Assembly (NCBI GenBank): GCA_964016885.1
Contig: OZ024742.1
Coordinates: 68,262,001-68,326,000, forward strand
Source of the DNA: Eledone cirrhosa
Taxonomy: Eukaryota
Direction: 5' to 3'
DNA: 64,000 nucleotides
Below the pieces are notes generated by a model. It worked only from the letters and a program-made list of their open reading frames with translations. It had not been told where the DNA came from and searched no databases. This document shows, piece by piece, positions 51,262 through 62,491 of the stretch. The first letter of the stretch is position 1, and each line of letters opens with the position of its first letter. The position numbers and the translations under genes are program-made.

Positions 51262-53508
51262 TATACATATATATAAATATATGCATATATATATGTGTAT
51301 ATATATATATAAATGTATGCATATATATATATATACAAATATATATATATATATATAAATATATACATGTATATATATATGTGTGTGTGTTTGTATCTGT
51401 GTATGTGTGTGTGTGAGAATGTTGCAGTTTGCTTTGAAATATGAGGGAGATTTTAAGAAATATTGTTTTAGAGAGCTACAGTAATATAAATAAGAAATTA
51501 GTTGTTACAAATAACGATAACAACGTTGTTGGGGTGTTAACTTGAAGATATTTCATTAATTCTTAATATTTCGGGAGAGTCCTTGCCTTCGTCAAAGGAA
51601 CAGTTAAGGAAACTAAGTCAGAAAAGGAGATCCTGTAATTTTCATATGATAGCATTTTTTTAATTTGTATCAGTTATTTACAGTGGGAATGATGAAGGAA
51701 TTACATGGAATAGCGGAATGTGGGTTATTTTCTTTGCTTATTTATTTCTTTTCCATTGTAGTAGTAGTAAAGAATTAGGCGAATGTACTATTGTGCAGGA
51801 TTTGGGGAAGTCTTTATTTTTTTTTTTAATCGTATTACTAGGGAATTAATGTAATGCAGCAGTATTATTGCGGTCTAGGAGTGGAAAATCAAAGAATGTA
51901 AAGCATTGTATTATGAAAAAAAGAGAGAGAGGGAGACAGACAGACAGTCAGACAGGCAGGCTGATTGCGAAAGAGATGGGTGCGAGTTTGTTATTTTTCT
52001 ATAGTGATTGCTTTGCATTTATTATAGAGTGATAGAGAGAGAGGGGTGGATATTAAGCCATTTTCTACATTTTTCCCCGAAGAAAGTCGTTGGACTCGTG
52101 TTGAAACTGACGAGTTCTCTGGCACGATCTCACTTTCCAAATATATTTGTATGAGTAGGGAACAGCTTTTCTTTCAGAAATCATATTAAAATGCAACTCT
52201 GCTCTAGTTTAATAGTTAAATCGTTTTTATTAAGGAATTTTCATATTTCTTAATTAGTTCTTTATACTTAGTTGGGAACAATAGCATTTCTAAATTCATT
52301 TGTATATTAACATTTCGACAATTTCACAGCTCCATATTCAGAATCATACTAGTGGCGTGTTGGCCAAGTGATTAGCATTGATTGTAAATGATCCTGGGAG
52401 TAGAAGGAAGTCACCATTACCTCATTACAAATTTGTTAATGGTTGAAGTATTGCAGTTAGTATTATTGGTTCCATGTATGTTGTTCCTGTGTTAATTTGT
52501 TTATATTCTATTAGTAGATATTAGTAGAACCCCTATAGTTGTTCACATTGTTTCATGTGTTAAGATATGTCGTAGTGATATCGACTAAAATAGGCCTATA
52601 TAATTTTTTGCCATAAGAAAATAGGGAAGGTCCTTAATAAAAATGATCAAACTGGAGCATAGTCTTGTTTTCAATGATACACATATGTGTGTATGTGTGT
52701 ATGTGTGTTTGTGTGTGTTTGTGTATGTATGTGTGTGTGTATGTATGTGTGTGTGTTTGTGTATGTATGTGTGTGTGTGTGTGTGTGTGTGTGCATATGT
52801 TCCAATTGACCATGTCTTAAGATGTAAAGGATTCCATCTGTGACCAACCCATGTTTTTTGTTTTGTTTTATCAATCAAAGTGTTACAATTTCTTTATAAC
52901 CTAATGTATCAGTCCGCATTTTATGGACGCCAGGTATGATGAGAAAGAATTGGCTACTATTTCTAGCAAGTGTATGATTTCATACATTCTTTCTCGATCT
53001 CCCCTGCAATTTGATGTTTATATCTCTGTAACTTATATGTTCCTCCATAAAGATGCTTCTGTATACATCAATGAGTATGCGGATTGTTTGTAAGTGGTAA
53101 TAGTAACCAGATGAGTACCCGAATAGTGAAATTCCCGAATATAATCAGAGTTCTTTCCCGAACATACTGAAAAGATATTAAAATATTATTAATCATTAAT
53201 TAAAACTTGTCTTAATTTATGTCAGGTTACCATTTATATGTTCCACGCTTTAAGTATGTTACCAGAAATTAACATATATTTATTTTTAAAAAGCTCTTCC
53301 TCGTTAACTTCAAATAAACTAATATATTTTTGGTGAATGAGGTGTGCAATTTCTTCTACTTTCATTTAAAACTAATGTTACATTTACTGTCAAACTCTTT
53401 TATAACATAGGTAAGTTAAAAAGACGTTAATATATATTACCGTACTAATCTGACAAGCTATGTCTCTGCAGTAAATAGATTAACAGTTGCAGACTATTAA
53501 AAGCATAC

Positions 53509-53571
<63 letters not shown>

Positions 53572-53798
53572 CAAGTGGTATAAGTCAATATTTCATAATT
53601 ACCGTATGGTAATAAAAGAAGTAAATTATGAAATGTTGACATACCTATTGTTTATAAATTTACTCCGGAGTTAATAGACCCTCTTGTGGACTTCGTTGAG
53701 CGCTCTACTCTGCATACTGAAGTGTTGGTATTAAACTAACACATGATCTAATTAATAATTATATATATGTGGTGTGTTTGTGTGTATGTGTGTGTGTA

Positions 53799-53829
<31 letters not shown>

Positions 53830-54435
53830 GTGTATTTATATATGGGGCTAAATTTATGAACTTTCCAATTAATCTATATAATAAAAATGTGAGTGGATGC
53901 GTCCATTCTTACTGGCCCTGATTTTTATATATAAATTTATCACCACATCCATTAAAGATTAATAACCAGGTAATGGTGCAAGGGCTAATCGGTTTGCCAG
54001 TTTAGTTTCCTGGATACTACAGCACATATACATAGCGCTTCCAATTATTGAGTATTTTACTTATTTCTCAACTACATCAAGAACAAGCGCCAACACGTAT
54101 TTGAATATCATATATAATATGTGTGGATATATATAGAGAGAAATGTGTGTGAATATGCGTATGTGTGTGTGCATATGCGTGCGCGTGAGTGTGGACGCAG
54201 CTGTTTACATGATGATTCCATGTGTAGGAATTCAGTTGGTTGACGGAGAATCCAACATACTACATTATATATTCTATGGTATTATATATGAATGTTATAT
54301 GAATGTTATTGTATATATAGCTGCATAAGGTGGCTCAACTTATAATAGAAAAGAAATAAGGTTTCGCTTCAAGCATAGCTTTATACAATATGTATAGAAA
54401 TTTCGTATTTCTAAAGAAATGCGGTTTTAGGAAGC

Positions 54436-54526
54436 CGTAGCTATGCAAACAGCGGGGCTAACGCCCTCTGGTGCTTCTGCTGGACACCACCAGAGGGCGT
54501 TAGCCCCGGTCTTTGCATAGCTACGG
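54436..54526. repeat. GC-rich hairpin
   Basis: ccgtagctatgcaaa..cggggctaacgccctctggtg pairs with caccagagggcgttagccccg..tttgcatagctacgg. Confidence 0.9.
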
Positions 54527-54717
54527 TTGGGTTCTGGGCCCCAATTTATTCAGCCTGTCATGAGAGAAATGGAAAACAAAGATCTTATTATTCCTATGTG
54601 TGTCTAACTGTTGAATTAATGTAATTTGATTATTTCAACAAACAAATAATATGTATATATATGTTAGTGGTTGTACATGCATATATAGGCACACACATAT
54701 AACCATATATATATGTA

Positions 54718-54806
<89 letters not shown>

Positions 54807-54889
54807 TTATGTGTGTGTGTCTATATAGGCATGTTTTCATGCATGAATGAATACACTAAGCTTTAGATCTAGTAGAATGTACAACCACT

Positions 54890-54944
<55 letters not shown>

Positions 54945-55119
54945 ATAAGGGCGCTGCGGAGTTGCAAATGGGTTACATATGAAAAAAGTTTGTCCTTCAT
55001 CAGTGATCTTCCAACCATCATAGGCATTTCATCGCTTTAAAGACCATATACCTCCGGTTGGTGCGAGCAACGGCTAAAAAAAGTCGTTGGGACACGTAAA
55101 TAAAGGGGACGCGAGGGTA

Positions 55120-55182
<63 letters not shown>

Positions 55183-55976
55183 TGTTTATTAAAATAATTA
55201 AAATAAATTAATTCAACAGTTAAACGCACATAGGAATAATAAAGAACCAGAAGATTGACAAGTCGACCCTAAATATGACTAATAGCTCTAGCAAAGCCAT
55301 GAAAGACACCACGCATTTTTAACTTTGATTTTGAAAGTAGGTTTATAATTATTAATTTTCATCATCCTTTTGTAGCTCCCTCGGTGGCGTAGTTGGAGGA
55401 ATCATAGCCGTTCGTGATCCTGGTCGGAAGTAAGGTTCCCGGTAAACCTTTTCAGGGTTTTTTCTATGTAATGTAAAATAAAAAAACTGAAAAAGATCAC
55501 ATATACCTCTTGACCAGGATTGAACTCAAGGTCAGTATCTCCACCGTCTCTAGTATCTACCGCTATGCCACAGAGGAAACTGCGAAAATCTTATGAAAAT
55601 TCATACTTATAAACCTACTTTCAAAATTTTCAAAACAAAATGATGCGGTGTCGTTCATGTCTTTCTTAATGTTATTGCTCCTACTTAAAGTCGACTTCTA
55701 AATTATTTGGGTGTTCCATAAACTATATCCTCGCATTGTTTCTCATCTCTCTAGACTATATTTTAACCTGTAATCCATGTTTCATTTCTGTTGCACCTCA
55801 TTTCTCCCGCTGCCCAGATATCTTTTGAAAGCAAAGCATTGGCCCCTAAAATACTACAGTGGGCCCAGCAATGCTACTGTGGGCCCCTGCAATGCTACCG
55901 TGAGCCACCTGGAGTCCACTTGCCATTGGGCAGCCTGGAAACCTGGCCAGTCCGCCACTGAACATATATATATATT

Positions 55977-56143
55977 TATTAGAAATGTAAGCTATCGCCG
56001 TATTTTGACTAAAGAAATTAAAGAAATTATTTAGCCTGATAGTGGGGTTAATAACCCTCGGAGGGTTCTTAACCCCACTATCAGGCTAAATAATTTCTTT
56101 AATTTCTTTAGTCAAAATACGGCGATAACTTACATTTCTAATA
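55977..56143. repeat. ~167-bp near-perfect palindrome
   Basis: The arm 'tattagaaatgtaag...gggttaataaccctc' is mirrored with about 2 mismatches. Confidence 0.92.
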
Positions 56144-56290
56144 ATTTCAAACCAACTCGCTGTTTCGAAAATATTCTTACTATATATATATGTATATATT
56201 CATAAACACTCTGCGGTGCTGAGACTGTTTAAACGACACACTACGGGAACGTTCTGTGCATGGGGAAAGCAGAATGGGTATAGAGGAAGG

Positions 56291-56425
<135 letters not shown>

Positions 56426-56534
56426 CATGCCTCTATGTGTCTATGTGTGTATGTGTTTTATGACTGTGCGATCGGTCAGCCGGTCTTTTTTTTTTATTTA
56501 TCTATGATATAAGTTTCTATTTCAAGATGCATGT

Positions 56535-56540
56535 ATAGAT

Positions 56541-56584
<44 letters not shown>
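56535..56584. repeat. (GATA)n tract at the LINE 3' junction
   Basis: Read directly from the sequence. Confidence 0.95.
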
Positions 56585-56798
56585 TTCTTTATTTACCATA
56601 AAGGCATAAAAAGAAGGGACAAATACAAAGGGGGAGTTTACATATAATCGAGTAAAAAGGGTGTAACATGAAAATAATCGAAAATAACCTCAAAAGGGAG
56701 GGGACGTGATGGGGGTTGCACACACCCCCCAAAAAGTGTGCAATCCTTTGCCCGGGGAGCACATGGAGAAGGTGCTCCCCTCTCCTTTACTTCTTTAC

Positions 56799-59700
56799 CT
56801 ACAGGATGGTATACAGAGAAGGCCCATTTACACGAGCCATTCTCGCCACTATCACCCACCTTTCATAAAACTGCCTGTGGCCAAGCACCTCTCTCTCCAT
56901 TCTTATCCTTCTTCCGAAGTGATATCGGAAGAAGTAGACCAGACTATGGCCAGAGAGGAAGTTGCCTGACCTCAGACCTTTCAATCGTGTCCACCAAACA
57001 ACCTCTTTCAACATGGCTATTACGCACAGAAAAACCGCCTTTGCTTCCTTTGTGAAGAGGGGAGGCGGTTTGATTGTCATCACGGACTCGGCTGTCAATT
57101 TAATCGGCGCCACCCGCGACAGCAGTTGTTCGGCGTAGCCCCACAGATCAGCCACGCCCGGACATTGCACCAATGCGTGCGCCACGGTTTCTTCGTGACG
57201 CACGCATCTAGGGCAAATCTTTTTTGAGGGATCCCTGCCCGGGCGCCCGTGTCTGTAGAGCCTCTCTCGAACGGGTAGAGCCCCTCGGTAGCACTGCCAG
57301 GCCAGTGACTTCTGGAAGTTGTCCATTGGTCCTGGGCCGAAAGTCCTACCGAACAGGCTGGCCAGTTCGTCTTCTTCCATGTCCAGCGACTCTCCAAGGG
57401 TGTCATCGCCCCTGCTAGCCACCAGCCCTCTATAGAATGATGAGGTGGATTCTCCACCGATGGCCCGGCCCGCTTGCCAGAGAGCCCTGAGCGCCTGAGC
57501 ACATTCAGTGTGCCAGTCTCCCAGTTTTCCGGATCTTTGCTTGACCCAGGACTGTAGCTCGGTGAGTGAGACGAGTCTCGGAAAGGCTCGTTTCACGAAC
57601 GGAGCCCACACCGGTTGACCAGTGAGGAATACCTGTAGGTGCCGTAGCCTTAATGCGTGCCTACGCATCATCAACCACGGCATCCCCAGCCCTCCTTTCG
57701 AAGGTTGTTGGCAGCAGATGGATCTTCTCACCATAGGAGGACGCTTCTTCCAAAGAAATTGGAAGAGCATGCGTTCCATGGTGGTGAGTGTTTCCTTAGG
57801 GCAAGGCACGACAGTCAGGCGGTAGTAAGTGACGGACGCTATGTAAATGTTCGCCACCTCCGCCCGGCCTTTTAGGGACAGCTTACACTTGGCCCATTTC
57901 TGGGTTAGTGCAAACACCTTGTTCGTAACCTCGTTCCAGTTCTTTTCCACCTGGAGGTCCGGTCCAAACCAGACCCCAAGCAACTTTACCGGGCCCTCCG
58001 TCCAGTGTCCGACGACACCATCGGGAGGCATCGGTCTGCCTCTCCACGTTCCGAGTTGCAGCCCGATGGATTTTTCCCGGTTCAGTTTCGCTCCTGACAA
58101 CCTTTCGTACTCCTCCAGTAAGGTACCGATCGCCTCGATCTCCGAGTCGGTTGATACCATTACTGTTACGTCATCGGCGTAGGCCGACACCGCTTTGCTC
58201 AATCCTGGTTCCAGGGGGATACCCTGCAACAACTCCAACTTCCTCAGTAAAGGCTCGAGAGTCAATACGTACAGAAGGGAGGAGAGAGGGCACCCCTGTC
58301 GAATGGATCGTGTGATTTCGAACGGCTTCGAAAGGTAGCCGTTCACCTTGATCCTAGAACAGATGTGGTTGCTATGTAGGGCAGTGATCCAGCCTCTGAA
58401 AACAGGACCGAACCCAGCCGCCGCTAGCACCGCATCCAGGTAACCATGGTCGACCCTATCGAAGGCCTTAGACTGATCCAAGTTGATCAGGGCCCCACCG
58501 AAGCCGGGTTTGTTGCCAACCCTCTCTATGATGTATCGCATGAGGTGGAGGTTATCGTGAATGGACCTGGATGGGATAGCACATGTCTGCGCATCTCCCA
58601 CCAGGCCACCCACGACAAGCGCCAACCTCTTTGCTAACACCTTGGCCAAAATCTTTAACTCTGTGTTTAGCAGGGTTATGGGCCGAAAATTATTTATACT
58701 ATCCCCCTTGTTCTCGTCCTTCCTCACCAGCGTGACTACGCCCTTGGCTACAGAACAAGGAATTCTCCCGTTCTGCTGCCAATTGCAGTAGACCGCTTCG
58801 AGGAGTTCGGAGAAGAAGACCGGCATTGCTAAATAAAGTTCGTAAGGTATACCATCGAGACCTGGAGATTTGCGTCTGCTGCATTGGCTCAGCGCATCTC
58901 CGATCTCATCAGCCGAGATTGGTCCCTCGCAGGACTCCGCCTCTTTGTTCGAGAGACGCGGCAGGCCGTCGAGGTATGGACCGAAATCCACGCCCCGGCC
59001 CGGACCCTCGCCTCCCCCGAACAATCGGGCAAAGTGCTTTTGAAAGGCCTCGCACATCTGCTTAGGCTCCCGGATCACTCGTCCATCTTCGTCTTGCAAC
59101 GACCGGATGGTGGATCGATTTCCACTTTTAGCTTCTGTCACGCGGGCCCATCCAACGGCTTTGGCCCCCTCATTACCTAGAGCACGTATTTTACTTCGAA
59201 TGACGCAGCCTTCATGCTTTGCATCGAAAAACTGGTTCAAGGCCGTCCTCGATGCCAGCACTCTGGCCACATCTTCGCTCTTGATTGCCTCTTCTAATTT
59301 ACCTGTTAATTCTTTCTCGTTTCTATTCCTATTGGCAGCTAACATCTTGCTATAACTTATTGATTCTGTTCTAATCTCTCTTTTGAGAGATGCCCACCAT
59401 CGGTTGTTGACGATTGCACCCGTCAACCTCTCCTTAACTAATCTGCTAATCCGGTTTCTGTAAGTCTCTTTTGCCGGTAAAGACAAATTAAGTTTCCAGT
59501 AACCGGGACCCTGTCTATGTGTTTTCTCGAGATTGACCACGCAGGTCACTAATTTGTGATCCGTGTAGCCAACCGTGCGCATTTCTGGACAGCTTAATAT
59601 GTCCCTATCCTTACTTCTAACTAAGAATCTATCTAAGTACGATCTAGATTGACCACTGTGGTTTCTCCAAGTCCAGGTAGGCACAGTTGGAAAATCTAGT

Positions 59701-60236
59701 CGATATCTATCGACCAAGTTAAAACGGTCGAGTAACCCCTTGAGGCTGTTACACCCCCCTCTATTAGGACATGCTCCTGCATAGTCCCAACGTGCATCTA
59801 GGATGTCATTCCAATCCCCCGCTAGAAGCAGGGAACGCGACGTTCCCAGAAAAGTCTCCAAACGCTGGAAGAAGTCGGGCCGTTCAGCTCCGAAAGGGGA
59901 GTAGACGGCGACCAGTCTCAAGGCCGCACTTTCACTACTGCCAACGTCTAGCACCAACAAACGACCCTCCGGGTCCGAGTGCACAACCTGTACGGCAAGA
60001 CCCAGGTGTTTTTGCAGCAGCACGACAACCCCACCCCCACCTCCAGGTTGACAGAGAGATGCATGCACCTCAAAGTCATCGAAGGTGGGGGCCAGCTGCC
60101 GCATGACGCTGATTCGAGTCTCACAGATAACCATTACATTTATACTACATGACCTGAGGTCATTTAGAAGCTTTGCTTGCTTCCAAGTTGAGCCCAGGCC
60201 ACGTGCATTCAAACATCCTACTCTTAACACATCCAT
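56799..60236 (-). CDS. LINE ORF2: APE endonuclease, reverse transcriptase, C-terminal CCHC zinc finger (1145 aa)
   Basis: LNARGL, ET, GDWN, LDRF, TDH (APE); KSPGLDG, RPITLLN, DQSKAFD, RQGCPLS, YADD (RT); CPRC..ETVAHALVQC. Confidence 0.96.
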   Translation of the reverse strand: MDVLRVGCLNARGLGSTWKQAKLLNDLRSCSINVMVICETRISVMRQLAPTFDDFEVHASLCQPGGGGGVVVLLQKHLGLAVQVVHSDPEGRLLVLDVGSSESAALRLVAVYSPFGAERPDFFQRLETFLGTSRSLLLAGDWNDILDARWDYAGACPNRGGCNSLKGLLDRFNLVDRYRLDFPTVPTWTWRNHSGQSRSYLDRFLVRSKDRDILSCPEMRTVGYTDHKLVTCVVNLEKTHRQGPGYWKLNLSLPAKETYRNRISRLVKERLTGAIVNNRWWASLKREIRTESISYSKMLAANRNRNEKELTGKLEEAIKSEDVARVLASRTALNQFFDAKHEGCVIRSKIRALGNEGAKAVGWARVTEAKSGNRSTIRSLQDEDGRVIREPKQMCEAFQKHFARLFGGGEGPGRGVDFGPYLDGLPRLSNKEAESCEGPISADEIGDALSQCSRRKSPGLDGIPYELYLAMPVFFSELLEAVYCNWQQNGRIPCSVAKGVVTLVRKDENKGDSINNFRPITLLNTELKILAKVLAKRLALVVGGLVGDAQTCAIPSRSIHDNLHLMRYIIERVGNKPGFGGALINLDQSKAFDRVDHGYLDAVLAAAGFGPVFRGWITALHSNHICSRIKVNGYLSKPFEITRSIRQGCPLSSLLYVLTLEPLLRKLELLQGIPLEPGLSKAVSAYADDVTVMVSTDSEIEAIGTLLEEYERLSGAKLNREKSIGLQLGTWRGRPMPPDGVVGHWTEGPVKLLGVWFGPDLQVEKNWNEVTNKVFALTQKWAKCKLSLKGRAEVANIYIASVTYYRLTVVPCPKETLTTMERMLFQFLWKKRPPMVRRSICCQQPSKGGLGMPWLMMRRHALRLRHLQVFLTGQPVWAPFVKRAFPRLVSLTELQSWVKQRSGKLGDWHTECAQALRALWQAGRAIGGESTSSFYRGLVASRGDDTLGESLDMEEDELASLFGRTFGPGPMDNFQKSLAWQCYRGALPVRERLYRHGRPGRDPSKKICPRCVRHEETVAHALVQCPGVADLWGYAEQLLSRVAPIKLTAESVMTIKPPPLFTKEAKAVFLCVIAMLKEVVWWTRLKGLRSGNFLSGHSLVYFFRYHFGRRIRMEREVLGHRQFYERWVIVARMARVNGPSLYTIL

Positions 60237-60269
60237 GTGGGCGGCAGAGCCAAAGGAGAGTGTAGAGAC

Positions 60270-62147
60270 CTACCTTTCCGCTTCCCGGGGTTCGGGTTGC
60301 ACGACTTCCATGGGGTTGGGGGTGTTGGGTGAAGGGGTGTCTTGTGGTGGTGTGGGGTCGTCGGTGTGTGGTGGGGTTGGGGTGTTTGGAGTTGTGTTGG
60401 GGAGGGGAAGGGGAGGGGGAAAGCTTTTTAGTAGGACGCGGTTTATGGGTTTGACAGAGGGTGGTCCTACGTCCTCCTTAAAATCCTTTTTTAGTTTTTG
60501 GTAGAGGTTCATTGGGATTTTTATTAGTTTTAAATGTGGGTGGTTTTCTGATGAAACAAAGTTTACACCTTCGGTTTGTACCGAAGGATTATTGTATATG
60601 AGTTCATTTAATTTATTATTGTTTCTGTTGATGTAAGTATAGTGTAATGTCTTTTTTTCCGATGGTGTGAGTGTTTCGAAGAGGGGAGGGGCAGGTTTGG
60701 TTTTGTTTGTTGCTGGAGGGGTGTTTTCTGTTTTGTTAGATTGTGTTGCGATTTGGGTGGGGGTTGTTTGTCCTTGTGTGTTTTGCACATGTTTTCTTTT
60801 TTTCCTTTTAATCTGTCTGAAGGACTCCGTTTCTTCCTCCGAATTCGTTGGGTTATCTTCAGTGTTGGAGGGAAGAGGTATGTTTGCTGGTAATGTTTCC
60901 GTGTTGGTTTTCTTTGTGGGGGAGATGGATGTCACTATGTTAGACTGTGTTGTGTGTTGTGTCTGCGGTGGTTGTGTTGTTTTATTGAGTGAGAGGTTGG
61001 GTGGGCCTGTATTTTGTTTTGGGGTAATGTGTTGTGACTGTTTGTGTTGTGGTGGTGTTGTGGTGTTACTGAGGGACGGGTTGGGTGGGACTGAGTTTTG
61101 TTGTTTGTTTATCTGTTGTGGTGGTGGTGGTGGAGCTGGTGTTGGTAGCAGGGTTTTCTTTTTGTTGAGTTGGGGACAAGCGGCCTTCAGGTGCCCTCTG
61201 CCTGCACAGATATGGCAGGACGGCCTTCTCCCCTCCACGCTAATGTTTATATACCCGTGGTCCTCTAATAGGATTCTGTCGGGTATTTGGGCGATGCGTT
61301 CAGGCTTCATTTGTACTACCAGCTCTATACCTGTTCCACTGAACGCATTGCCTGTGGTTTTCCCAATGGAAATCACGTTGTCATTCACTGGATCGATGAA
61401 GCCAGCTATGAGCCAGCAGTAGTCCACATCTGGCATCATTGCATCCAGCCATATGCGTTGAGTTTTTTTTCCCATATAAGATGGATAAAAGGTGAAATTT
61501 TTCGAACGAATCGGTGACAAAGCACATTTTTTTGCCGCTGATTCGTTCTTCATGATAATTGCTAGGCTTCCATACAGTCTGTCTTTTCTTATGAAAGTTG
61601 TTTCATTCAGTACTTCTGCGAGTACTGTTTTGATATCTGCTTGAGAAGGCTGTTCAGGTTTTTTTGTACTGTTGTTGATGGTCCGAAACTTGACCGTTCG
61701 GCTTTCAATGTCTTTCGTGAATTCTTGAGGCATTTTTACCAATAAAATACCATTCTCACCTTCACTTATGTATTGTTTTGCGTCCGTGATCCTTCGTACC
61801 ACATCTGAAATGTTTTCCGCTATATAAGTCAAAGATTTCTTTGTTTTCTGTGCAAATGAAATCTTGTCGTCTGCTTTGTTTTCTGATATTATGTTATTTT
61901 CAACTGTTATTTTTTTGTTTGTTGTGTCTTTGTTTGTGTTATTAGTATTGTCATGCAATTTTTCAAATTTTTTTTCTTCGTTGTTTTCGACATTTAATTT
62001 TTTCTCCGCAGATTCGTCCGTTTTTATTTTCATTTTTCCTTCCTTCTCTATGACGTTAGTTGGGAAGGAAGGGAGGACTAAAGCGTGCGAGCTTACAACT
62101 CTTACCGCTGTCCCCCCACCACTATTTTCGTTCGCTGCGTTTAACAT
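60270..62147 (-). CDS. LINE ORF1: gag-like nucleic-acid-binding protein (625 aa)
   Basis: CHICAGRGHLKAAC zinc knuckle followed by a long P/T/Q/N-rich tail; lies directly upstream of ORF2. Confidence 0.9.
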   Translation of the reverse strand: MLNAANENSGGGTAVRVVSSHALVLPSFPTNVIEKEGKMKIKTDESAEKKLNVENNEEKKFEKLHDNTNNTNKDTTNKKITVENNIISENKADDKISFAQKTKKSLTYIAENISDVVRRITDAKQYISEGENGILLVKMPQEFTKDIESRTVKFRTINNSTKKPEQPSQADIKTVLAEVLNETTFIRKDRLYGSLAIIMKNESAAKKCALSPIRSKNFTFYPSYMGKKTQRIWLDAMMPDVDYCWLIAGFIDPVNDNVISIGKTTGNAFSGTGIELVVQMKPERIAQIPDRILLEDHGYINISVEGRRPSCHICAGRGHLKAACPQLNKKKTLLPTPAPPPPPQQINKQQNSVPPNPSLSNTTTPPQHKQSQHITPKQNTGPPNLSLNKTTQPPQTQHTTQSNIVTSISPTKKTNTETLPANIPLPSNTEDNPTNSEEETESFRQIKRKKRKHVQNTQGQTTPTQIATQSNKTENTPPATNKTKPAPPLFETLTPSEKKTLHYTYINRNNNKLNELIYNNPSVQTEGVNFVSSENHPHLKLIKIPMNLYQKLKKDFKEDVGPPSVKPINRVLLKSFPPPLPLPNTTPNTPTPPHTDDPTPPQDTPSPNTPNPMEVVQPEPREAER

Positions 62148-62384
62148 TTCTGTTAGACGATTGAAATTTTTTACACAAAATTTTTTTTTTTAAAACAGGT
62201 TTTTCACCTCTAGGAGGGGTAAAGATGAGCTGACCCACCGCCTGACAGTTCAGACGGAGGGTCAAGCTACACAATTGTATCAAAATTAAGTTTGAACTCA
62301 TAAAATTTCCTCAATAAATTTGAACAAAACTTCTGTGCGAAGTGAATGACATCCACACTGTAGAACAGACGACAGCTAGATTAT

Positions 62385-62491
<107 letters not shown>

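Larger units (their letters stand above)
56585..62384 (-). mobile_element. Full-length L1/Tx1-type non-LTR retrotransposon
   Basis: Two uninterrupted ORFs 33 bp apart, ~240-bp 5' UTR, ~210-bp 3' UTR ending AATAAA-GAAA-(TCTA)n; GC-rich relative to the flanks. Confidence 0.93.

Noticed and set aside
56638-62193. Plus-strand and alternative-frame ORFs within the LINE (e.g. 60667-61422)
   Set aside because: They are shadows of the GC-rich or low-complexity ORF1/ORF2 and have no motifs of their own.
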